Source: a virus
Virus record (IMG/VR): IMGVR_UViG_3300027861_000010
Length of the DNA: 64,000 bases
Direction: 5' to 3' (one strand)
Shown here one piece after another: positions 16,801-24,246 of this stretch. Positions within the stretch are counted from its first letter, which is position 1. The number at the start of each line of letters is the position of its first letter. The notes below the pieces were generated by a model. It was given only the letters and a program-made list of their open reading frames with translations. It ran no database searches and was not told where the DNA came from. The translations under genes were made by a program, and so were the position numbers.

Positions 16801-18309
16801 TTCATGGCCGGGTACAACCCGAAGGCTGCGAAAGTTCCGTTGGTGTACCGGAAGTTTGTCGATCAGTTGAGGGCCGCAGGTGTCAATGTGACCAAACAGG
16901 GTACCCAGACCAACATCATGGCCCTGACGGACAAAGATATCGACGAAATGGCTGGAGATCGTAAGCTGACCTCCGCCGAAGGTGTTGATTGGGGTGAGTC
17001 TCTTAAGGAGATTCCAGGTGGTTTGTTCGATAAGGCCAAGACTGGAGGTCATGGCGGCAACAAATGGTCGTACATGCAGCTGCATGAGCCCTTGCCTAAC
17101 CCTGTAATGGAGGAACCGCTTCGGCGACTCCTCGGACTCACGAAAAAGGACTTCAATGCCGTCATTTCAGGCGAAAAGCCGTTGGGATCGCACGGAGCAG
17201 GTCCTGGAGCCCTGAAAAAGGCTCTGGAGTCGATGAATGTTGATGCAGAGATCAAGAAAACCCGAAATATCATCCAAGCTGGGCGAGCATCGGAGCGGGA
17301 TGCCGCAGTAAAGAAGCTGGGCTACCTAAAATCAGCCAAAAAGCTCGGATTGAAGCCTGAAGACTATGTTTTGAGTAAAGTTCCTGTCCTGCCGCCGATG
17401 TTTCGGCCTGTCAGCATGATGAGCAACGATATGCCGCTCATCAATGACGCGAACTTTCTTTACAAAGAGCTTTTCGAGGCTAATTCCAACCTGAAAGCAA
17501 TACAGAAGGAGCTCGGCAACGACGCGTCGGGGCAAGAGCGACTCGCAACGTACAATGCCTTCAAGGCAGTGACAGGTTTGGGCGATCCGATCCATCAGAA
17601 GACCCGAGACAAGAACGTCAAAGGTATTTTGAAGACAGTGTTCGGCTCGAGCCCCAAGTTTGGCACGCTGCAACGTAAATTGATCTCCACAACGGTCGAT
17701 AATGTCGGTCGAGCGGTGATCACACCAAATCCTGATCTCGATATGGATTCTGTTGGCCTGCCAGAGGACAAAGCGTTCAAGGCGTACGACAAGTTCATCA
17801 CCAGGCGACTGGTGCGACAAGGAATGTCACTTCGAGCAGCTCGTAACGAAGTTGCAAATAAATCGAAGCTGGCTCGGAAACTTCTGTTGGAGGAAATGGA
17901 TGAACGACCGGTCTATATCAGTCGGGCTCCAGTTCTTCACAAGTTCGGTATCATGGCTATGAAGCCTCGATTAACCAAAGGTAGCACCTTGCAGGTGAGC
18001 CCTTTGATTGTGAAAGGTTTCAACGCTGACTTCGACGGCGATGCCATGAATTACAACGTCCCAAGTACGGAGAAGGCTCGTAAGGAAGCGATCGAGCGAC
18101 TTTTGCCTTCCCGTAACTTGTTCAGTCTGTCAGACTTCAAGTCTGTGATGCATGCTCCAGCTAACGAGTATGTTGGTGGTTTGTTTCATGCAACGAAGTC
18201 AAAAAGTGACCGTCCCAAGAAGATTTTCCGAACAGCCGCGGACGCGAGGAAAGCGTACGAGCGAGGTGATATCTCTATCGACGATCGCGTTCAAATCTTA
18301 GAATCGTAA
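13855..18309 (+). CDS. Phage multisubunit DNA-directed RNA polymerase: beta fused to N-terminal half of beta-prime
   Basis: beta motifs PHMTERGTFINKG, RTPESGKVG, NFEDAV, GDKLSGRYGDKGVI, LLNPLG, MKLHH; beta-prime motifs VPVLPPMFRP, GRAVITP, SRAPVLH, catalytic NADFDGD at 18022-18042. Confidence 0.95.
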   Translation: MEPLTPNLLEPSTPSLLSSAPISPPSPLPAQQPEDDFREFGDTDKTRSSIYQRVLQAAQSIEPITNERHTLRLTGVDYQDPDRVSKRDQKAAILGGLSRGRRLRGTWELMDNATGQVLDQKKSVLMTVPHMTERGTFINKGTEYTLKNQQRLLPGVYTRVRDNGEIESHANIMPGKGVSHRYFLDPEKGVFKIRLGQGTVGLMPLLKAMGAKPGQLKEAWGRDLFASNYNADDATEYKKLKQKFLTKKELEGEENEQREALVNKFASMEMDPQVTSRTLGKPHQGLTLDAVLDITKKLVAVSKNEAEPDDRDSLTFQQFVGPEDLFAERIKRDKGGLRRNLLWKMSGKGNLKGMPSSALNKQLMAALMTSGLGQAIEEINPAELYDKSTAVSRLGEGGIPSTDAIPKEARSVQPSMLGYIDPVRTPESGKVGVDTYLARGARKGKDGKLYSQFRDVKTGKLLYKSPQDVADMTIAFPGSMDQRSKRVAAMRNGKMTYVPKDEVDLVLPSMEEAFNPLSNIIPMKSQVKGQRLVMASRMTTQALPIVDAEAPLVQSAIPDTDGNQSYEELYSNNMGALRAPQGGVVKSVDDDGITVRYEDGTEETHDLYQNFPFNRKTFIHQTANVKPGDQFKPDQLLAYSNYTDKGGATALGRNARTAYIAWQGKNFEDAVVVSESFARKMSSEHMYQHDLEVDDKTKVGKKQFIQQFPGKFDKATLAKLDENGVIKPGTVVNYGDPLILGVTQREAAHNKVHKKGQSGFNDATVTWNHHDAGTITDVVMGKKGPTVVVKASSPTQTGDKLSGRYGDKGVIADIIPDGEMPHNGDGQPFEVLLNPLGVITRTNPAQMAELLLGKIAAKRGKPIKVQDFDSQKDMAAWVMEELGREGLSDLEDVLDPSKDQKVKGIATGNRFFMKLHHTAESKGQSRGGGSYTMEDTPAKGGSEGSKRVGMLDTNALLSHGATATLQDVSSVRGQKNDEYWMQFMAGYNPKAAKVPLVYRKFVDQLRAAGVNVTKQGTQTNIMALTDKDIDEMAGDRKLTSAEGVDWGESLKEIPGGLFDKAKTGGHGGNKWSYMQLHEPLPNPVMEEPLRRLLGLTKKDFNAVISGEKPLGSHGAGPGALKKALESMNVDAEIKKTRNIIQAGRASERDAAVKKLGYLKSAKKLGLKPEDYVLSKVPVLPPMFRPVSMMSNDMPLINDANFLYKELFEANSNLKAIQKELGNDASGQERLATYNAFKAVTGLGDPIHQKTRDKNVKGILKTVFGSSPKFGTLQRKLISTTVDNVGRAVITPNPDLDMDSVGLPEDKAFKAYDKFITRRLVRQGMSLRAARNEVANKSKLARKLLLEEMDERPVYISRAPVLHKFGIMAMKPRLTKGSTLQVSPLIVKGFNADFDGDAMNYNVPSTEKARKEAIERLLPSRNLFSLSDFKSVMHAPANEYVGGLFHATKSKSDRPKKIFRTAADARKAYERGDISIDDRVQILES

Positions 18310-18339
18310 CTGCTTGACGCAGATAAGGAGATCAAACAA

Positions 18340-19029
18340 ATGGGCATCAACCCAGAATTGCTGAAGCTGGCTCGCCATAATGTCGGTCAGCAAAAAGTTG
18401 CTTTCGTTCCCGCTGGTGATCCTACAATGGGTGGGGATCCTGCTGCTGGGGGTGCTCCAATGGACCCTGCCGCAGCTGGCGGTGCTCCGCCGATGGATCC
18501 AATGGCCGCAGGCGGAGCTCCACCGATGGACCCGGCTGCTGGCGGCGGTGATCCGCTTGCCGGACTTCAACCGATGATCCAACAAGCTGTTCAGCAGGCT
18601 ATGGCCGCTGGCGGCGGCGGTGGCGGCGGTGCTCCCGGCGAGGCAGCCATCAAGCCAAAGATCGACATCAACGTCGAAGTCATGCAGATGAAGAAACTGT
18701 TGGCCAAGCTGTGCGATGCGATGGGTGTTCAGATTCCAGCCGCTGAAATGGTTGCGACACCTGAAGACCTTAATCAAATGGCAGCAGGCGGTCCCGGGGC
18801 CGCGGCAGCCACTCCGGACGGCGGTGGCGGCATGCCTGGTGGAGATCCGGCAGCTGGCGGCGGAGCCATTCCGCCGATCGAACCGATGAAGGCTGCGGAA
18901 GACTGGGAAGCAGGCGTAGCGTTCACTCCGCCTGCGGCTTACGACTTCCAGAATTCACACTCGACCACAAAGAATACCGCTAACATGGCTGCGGCTATGC
19001 TCCTGCGGAATCGCACAAAGGTCTCTTAA
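18340..19029 (+). CDS. Gly/Pro/Met low-complexity protein with DPAA(A)GGAPPM repeats
   Basis: About four degenerate ~10-aa repeats at ~18430-18560; K-x-A sites KLAR, KVAF, KAAE. Confidence 0.65.
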   Translation: MGINPELLKLARHNVGQQKVAFVPAGDPTMGGDPAAGGAPMDPAAAGGAPPMDPMAAGGAPPMDPAAGGGDPLAGLQPMIQQAVQQAMAAGGGGGGGAPGEAAIKPKIDINVEVMQMKKLLAKLCDAMGVQIPAAEMVATPEDLNQMAAGGPGAAAATPDGGGGMPGGDPAAGGGAIPPIEPMKAAEDWEAGVAFTPPAAYDFQNSHSTTKNTANMAAAMLLRNRTKVS

Positions 19030-19256
19030 TGTTCATTGTTGAGATAGTTGAAGCCATCGGGAAGCCTCCATTACGTGTGGAGGCTTCCCAAGTTGTGGTC
19101 CGTATGCCTGACGGAACGCCCGTTAGTTTGGCCGCACTTTATGGAAGCTCCGAAAGTGTCCTGGTATCGCACTGTGAGGACGAGACTTTTAATGACAACC
19201 TCCGAAAACTAGGACTGAACGATACCGTAATCTCTGAAACCCTGAAGGTGAAATAA
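19029..19256 (+). CDS. Small hypothetical protein
   Basis: Stop/start overlap (TAATG) with upstream gene. Confidence 0.6.
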   Translation: MFIVEIVEAIGKPPLRVEASQVVVRMPDGTPVSLAALYGSSESVLVSHCEDETFNDNLRKLGLNDTVISETLKVK

Positions 19257-19257
19257 C

Positions 19258-19986
19258 ATGGCCGGACCACTCCGATCAGCTGACAAGGCGTACTACGCTT
19301 CAAAGCAACCCCTATTTCTTCGCGGCACTCGCGAAGGTCGAAAGAACCCTGCACCCAACCCGTCGTACAAGCAGAAAGCGAACGACGTGACCGCGTCGTC
19401 GAACAAGTATTACGCCGCAATGGAGCCAGTGGCTACTTCGGTTCAGCCTGCCGCAGGTCAGAAACTGCAGACGACGTTCGCTCCAGAAAAGGTCGCTACG
19501 CTTCAGGCAAAGGCACAGGTCTTGCCGGACGTAGTTGCTGCCTTTCAAGGTGGAGCCACAACCGTACGTATCGAAGGTGAGTCCGCAGACATCAACAAGT
19601 CACGAGCCGCGGTTGAAATGGCTGTTGGACGTAAGACGCTGACACGGGAGCAGTCTGACCGTGTTGTTTTTGTCCCGGTACAAAAGCCCGCCACTTCTAA
19701 CGAGGTGGAGGTAGTAAGTACCGAAGAAGCCCCAGCCGTTCCTGTTGAAGCGGAAGCCATTTTGAATCCACCTGCGGAAGTCACGAAAACGCCAAAGAAG
19801 AAGACGACACGTAAGAAGACGACCAGGAAGAAGAAGACCAACACTGCTGCGGATGTTCCTGCAAGTGTTCCTGCAGAAGTGCAGGAACCGGCAGCGGAAG
19901 ATGATTCAGTGACTGAAGCTGACATTGCAAGTGCATTCGGAGTCGCGGACGACTCGGATGATTTCGATGCTGACAGTGACGATTAA
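19258..19986 (+). CDS. Hypothetical protein with Lys/Thr-rich basic patch and acidic tail
   Basis: KKKTTRKKTTRKKK followed by a D/E-rich C-terminus. Confidence 0.65.
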   Translation: MAGPLRSADKAYYASKQPLFLRGTREGRKNPAPNPSYKQKANDVTASSNKYYAAMEPVATSVQPAAGQKLQTTFAPEKVATLQAKAQVLPDVVAAFQGGATTVRIEGESADINKSRAAVEMAVGRKTLTREQSDRVVFVPVQKPATSNEVEVVSTEEAPAVPVEAEAILNPPAEVTKTPKKKTTRKKTTRKKKTNTAADVPASVPAEVQEPAAEDDSVTEADIASAFGVADDSDDFDADSDD

Positions 19987-19998
19987 GTGAGTTTGTGA

Positions 19999-22900
19999 AT
20001 GCTCAACACTACAGTTGGACAACTGCTGGTCAACGAGGCCCTTCCTGACGAGCTTCGCGATTACAATCGCGTGCTCGACAATAAGGGTATGCATGCACTG
20101 CTCCAACAAGTGGCTCGAGAGCATCCAGACAAGTACCGTGAAGTTTCATTCAAGTTGAATCAGGTTGGTCAACGTTCCGCCCAAGACCAGGGCGGAATGT
20201 CGTTTAGTGCTCGACACCTGAAGCGTTCGCCGTATGCGAATGAAACTCGATCACGCATTCAGGCTCAACTGGGTAAGGTACTTGACGACGATTCCTTAAC
20301 TGACGAGCAGCGAGCGGCCAAAGTTGTTCGTATTGTTGGCAAAGAGATGGAACCTCAACAGAAGGCAATTCTGGAGGAGGCCATCAAAGACAAAAATCCC
20401 CTAGCGATGCAGGTGCTATCAGGTAGCCGCGGGAAGCCAATGAACTTGGCCAGCCTGTTGGGTGCTGACATGTTGTACTCAGATCATCGCGACGAGGTAA
20501 TTCCGATTCCGGTACTTCGCAGTTACAGCGAAGGGCTGACACCTGAAGAATACTGGGCCGGAACGTACGGAGCTCGTCGCGGCATTATCGCAACGAAGTT
20601 CGCCACTCAGGAAGCTGGTTTCTTATCTAAGCAGCTCAACCAGGCTGGACACCGGCTGGTGGTGATGGATGAAGAGGGCGAGGATGACGATCGCCGCGGT
20701 ATGGTTGTCGATACGGACGACATGGATAACGAAGGGTCATTACTGGCCCGCGACATGGGACCGTACAAGCGAAATACTCCGCTGACACCGAAGATTCTCA
20801 AGCACTTAAAGCGTCTCGGTAAAAACCGGATTTTAATCCGATCACCGCTGGTTGGCGGCTCGCCGGAAGGTGGAGTCTATGCTCGGGATGTCGGTATTCG
20901 AGAGACTGGTAAGTTGCCTGGCCGCGGCGAACAGGTCGGCTTGCAAGCAGCACAGGCATTAAGTGAACCGATCAGCCAAGGCCAATTGTCGGCTAAACAC
21001 TCGGGCGGCGTTGCTGGCCAAGAGAAAGCTGTCGGCGGTTTCCAGGCAATCAACCAGCTGATCCAGGTACCCAAGAAGATGCAAGGCGGAGCCGCTCACT
21101 CAGAAAAGGACGGCATCGTCCAACGAGTGGAGAAAGCTCCGGCTGGCGGACACTACGTCACGATCAACGATAAGCAACATTACGTTGGAGAAGGTTTTGA
21201 CGTCAAAGTCAAAAAGGGCGACGAAATCGAAGCGGGCGATCTGCTGAGTAACGGCATTCCTAATCCGGCCCTGATCGTGAAGTACAAGGGCGTAGGCGAA
21301 GGTCGTCGTTACTTTGTTAATGAGTTCCGCAAGGCGATGGCCGGAGGCGGAATGCAAGGGCATCGTCGTAACATCGAGCTGCTGGCTCGCGGACTCATCA
21401 ATCACGTCAAGATGACCGACGAGACTGACGAGCATGCTCCGGACGATATTATTCCTTACTCAACATTGGAGCACACCTATAAGCCGAGAGGAGACTCTCA
21501 GTTGTTGGCTCCAAAGAAAGCCGTCGGACAATACTTAGAGCGTCCGGTATTGCACTACACCATCGGCACCAAGATCCGCCCTTCGATGTTGAAAGACTTC
21601 GAGGAGTTCGGCATCACCGACTTGCCAGTCCATAAAGAACCACCTCCGTTCCAGCCGCACATGGTTCGAGGGATGTATACACTTCAACATGACCCAGACT
21701 GGATGACCCAGATGTACGGGTCTGGACTGAAGAAGAGTCTGTTGAATTCCACTGCTCGTGGTGCAACCAGCGATGCTCGAGGAACCAGTTTTGTTTCCAG
21801 TCTGGCTGAAGGCTCTGATTTCGGTGAGGTTGCAGATCGTGCTGTGATTCAGCCGAAGCCTTCGTACGAGTTGCCTAAGATTGAGCCACCTGCTCCTGAG
21901 GAAGAAAAGCTTCCGGCTCCTGCCGCTCCGCCTACACCGTCGTTCTTCGGTGGTCGGTTCAAGACTGGTATGCATAAACAGGCTGAGGAACCCAAAGTTC
22001 CGACAGCACCAAAAACGCCAGCAACGCAATCGCTTGCTGCACCATTGGCACCGACACCTGCTCCGACTGGGGCAGGTAATATGTCGTCGAATATCATGCC
22101 TTCGTCAGGACCTACAGCTCAGGATTTCATGCCAGCACCGGGTCAGTTGGGTTCACAAGAGAATCCCAACGGCATTATGCCTCCGGATCAGTTGCAGCAG
22201 TATGCTCAGAATGCTCAACAGCAGAATGACCGCGGGATGCGGATGGTGGGTGTAGACCCGATGTCTGATCCGTTCAGAACGCAGACAACTGCGGCAACGC
22301 CTCCGCCGTCAACTCCAGCTCAAGCCCGAGCCGACCAGGTACAGCAACAACGTAGCTACGGTAGTGGCAACACTCAAACGGATATGCGGACTTTGTTCGC
22401 TCAGGCACCTTCGAGAACCTTAGCTGGTAACTCCCTGGCACGGAAGATGCGTCGAGGGGATGCTCGTACAATGGGGATCCAGGCAGCTCGACAACGTGCT
22501 CAACAGATACAGAACGAGCAAGCTGCTCGCCGGAATCTGTACCAACAGGCCCACCCACAGCGAGCTTATGACCCTATACCGGGGCCGTCAGTCGCGGGAC
22601 CATTACCTGCAGAGCAGTCACAAAGTCCCGTACCGGCAACTGGCGAGATGGGTTATGGTGACGTGGCTGGCACTTTACTTGCCGGACAACATGCCTGGAC
22701 GCAAGGCGGTAGAGTTTGGAATGCGGCGGCTAAAGGTGAAATGCTTACGCACGGTTCACAGCTAGGCAAGTCACTCAATCCTGGAGCACAGAAAGGCGTT
22801 CAGACGGTAAATCAGTTGGCCCGTACCGCAGCACACAAGACCCCAGGACTCGGACGCTTTGTTGCTGCCACAAGTGATGATGCCGCCCGGGCTGCTGGAG

Positions 22901-23886
22901 CAAGCAGCAAAGGACTCTCAAAGGCCCTTGGTCCTGCTGCTTTTGTGTTGGAAGGTGGGCTTATCGGGAAAGACATTTACGATAAGACACAAGAAGGGCA
23001 ATCGTTTGGTCGGGCCTGGAAAGAGCAGGCGGATGAGCACGGAGCTAATACTCGAGGCCTGTTTACTGACTGGGATGGCGGTGCTCACGAGATATATCAG
23101 AAACCTATTGATGTGGCGATGCATGTGCTGAGCCCGGTAGCTACTGTGCAGGAAGGAACACAATTGGCCGCCGAAGTCGGCGGCGGTCTCGGAGATATGG
23201 CCACAGGTGCGTGGAACTTCGCGTCGGATGCTGAGGGACGTAACCGGGCAGCAGCAAAAGCCGAAACCGAACAAATGATGGCTGATCGCCAGGAGGCTCT
23301 ATCAGGAGAGCAGGACCAGATCCGGTCAACGCTGGAAAATAATAAAACAATCTCGCCGATGCAGAAAGAAGAGTTACGCCAACGCTCTGCCGAGTTAGAC
23401 TTACGGAAGCAGGAAGCCCAGTTGAAAGCTGACGCGGCCACGGACGAAACAGAAGGCTGGCAGCTCGGTAAGCAACACACATTTGGTACTGGTGGACATT
23501 ACTTTCGTGACGCAATGGCCGGGACAGGGAACCGGCTTTCAGCGAAAATCGAAAAATTACAGGCTAACCAGGATAGTCTGACACCAGAACAACAGTTCGA
23601 TTTGAAGAATATGATTCGCAGGCGTGACGAGATGAAGAGGCTGGGAGACTTTTACAGTCGCGAAGTTGGCTATTTTGGTGAAGGAGATTTCACTAAAATT
23701 ATGCGAATCCGTGTGCGAAACATAAAAGTCCAGTCAGTGGAACTCGCCCGGCGACTACGCGAGCCTGCTGTAAAAGGGAACCCTCAGCTTACAATGGAGT
23801 TGGAAGCTGAGATGCGACATCAACAAACCCGCCTTGCAAACATGAAAAGCTGGGCTAGACAGGCCAAGAATCAGAAGGTCAAGTAG
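19999..23886 (+). CDS. RNA polymerase beta-prime C-terminal subunit with ~630-aa appended domain
   Basis: TTVGQLL, SGSRG, bridge helix GLTPEEYWAGTYGARRG..T..GFL, trigger loop GLQAAQALSEP..SAKHSGG; similarity ends near aa 610; K660-Q-A precedes an unrelated extension. Confidence 0.9.
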   Translation: MLNTTVGQLLVNEALPDELRDYNRVLDNKGMHALLQQVAREHPDKYREVSFKLNQVGQRSAQDQGGMSFSARHLKRSPYANETRSRIQAQLGKVLDDDSLTDEQRAAKVVRIVGKEMEPQQKAILEEAIKDKNPLAMQVLSGSRGKPMNLASLLGADMLYSDHRDEVIPIPVLRSYSEGLTPEEYWAGTYGARRGIIATKFATQEAGFLSKQLNQAGHRLVVMDEEGEDDDRRGMVVDTDDMDNEGSLLARDMGPYKRNTPLTPKILKHLKRLGKNRILIRSPLVGGSPEGGVYARDVGIRETGKLPGRGEQVGLQAAQALSEPISQGQLSAKHSGGVAGQEKAVGGFQAINQLIQVPKKMQGGAAHSEKDGIVQRVEKAPAGGHYVTINDKQHYVGEGFDVKVKKGDEIEAGDLLSNGIPNPALIVKYKGVGEGRRYFVNEFRKAMAGGGMQGHRRNIELLARGLINHVKMTDETDEHAPDDIIPYSTLEHTYKPRGDSQLLAPKKAVGQYLERPVLHYTIGTKIRPSMLKDFEEFGITDLPVHKEPPPFQPHMVRGMYTLQHDPDWMTQMYGSGLKKSLLNSTARGATSDARGTSFVSSLAEGSDFGEVADRAVIQPKPSYELPKIEPPAPEEEKLPAPAAPPTPSFFGGRFKTGMHKQAEEPKVPTAPKTPATQSLAAPLAPTPAPTGAGNMSSNIMPSSGPTAQDFMPAPGQLGSQENPNGIMPPDQLQQYAQNAQQQNDRGMRMVGVDPMSDPFRTQTTAATPPPSTPAQARADQVQQQRSYGSGNTQTDMRTLFAQAPSRTLAGNSLARKMRRGDARTMGIQAARQRAQQIQNEQAARRNLYQQAHPQRAYDPIPGPSVAGPLPAEQSQSPVPATGEMGYGDVAGTLLAGQHAWTQGGRVWNAAAKGEMLTHGSQLGKSLNPGAQKGVQTVNQLARTAAHKTPGLGRFVAATSDDAARAAGASSKGLSKALGPAAFVLEGGLIGKDIYDKTQEGQSFGRAWKEQADEHGANTRGLFTDWDGGAHEIYQKPIDVAMHVLSPVATVQEGTQLAAEVGGGLGDMATGAWNFASDAEGRNRAAAKAETEQMMADRQEALSGEQDQIRSTLENNKTISPMQKEELRQRSAELDLRKQEAQLKADAATDETEGWQLGKQHTFGTGGHYFRDAMAGTGNRLSAKIEKLQANQDSLTPEQQFDLKNMIRRRDEMKRLGDFYSREVGYFGEGDFTKIMRIRVRNIKVQSVELARRLREPAVKGNPQLTMELEAEMRHQQTRLANMKSWARQAKNQKVK
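20821..20834. repeat. Palindrome copy AAAAACCGGATTTT (1 mismatch)
   Basis: Inside the beta-prime C gene; flanked by T and A. Confidence 0.6.
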
Positions 23887-23896
23887 GGTGCTTGTA

Positions 23897-23926
23897 TTGC
23901 GACATTCACACAGAACCGGCTACACT
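23897..23926 (+). promoter_or_regulatory. Sigma70-like promoter upstream of head module
   Basis: TTGCGA(23897-23902)-18-TACACT(23921-23926), intergenic. Confidence 0.5.
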
Positions 23927-23971
23927 GAGTAGGCAATCAGCCCTTTTTTTGTAAGAATTTGGACGGCCACG

Positions 23972-24229
23972 ATGACAGCTATGCCAACTCTAGGAGGTCT
24001 TGACGAGAAGTACGCGGGAGCGTACCTCATTCGACCGACCGCCAAACCGAAGAAAAAGAAGAAGAAGAAGTCCAAGCGTCCTACATTAAAGGGCCTTGAT
24101 AAGGCGGCTGCTGATGCGGCGGTGCAAGCGATTTCTGCTCAACAGATTGCAATGCGGCAGCGTTTACAGTCTGGCGACTTGGGTGGCGGTTGGAATCCAT
24201 TCGATCAACTGACTGACAACAATTCATAG
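23972..24229 (+). CDS. Small basic protein with poly-Lys tract
   Basis: KPKKKKKKKSKR. Confidence 0.55.
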   Translation: MTAMPTLGGLDEKYAGAYLIRPTAKPKKKKKKKSKRPTLKGLDKAAADAAVQAISAQQIAMRQRLQSGDLGGGWNPFDQLTDNNS

Positions 24230-24246
24230 GCCGGGAGCTGCTGCTC

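Noticed and set aside
13855-23886. Host chromosomal rpoBC operon
   Set aside because: No ribosomal protein neighbours, highly divergent motifs, zinc sites lost, embedded among virion genes
7737-23886. Inteins or group I introns in nrdJ and RNAP genes
   Set aside because: Conserved motifs are colinear without insertions; no intein termini seen
23918-23950. Terminator after the beta-prime C gene
   Set aside because: T run present but the stem is short and interrupted, and it overlaps a better promoter candidate
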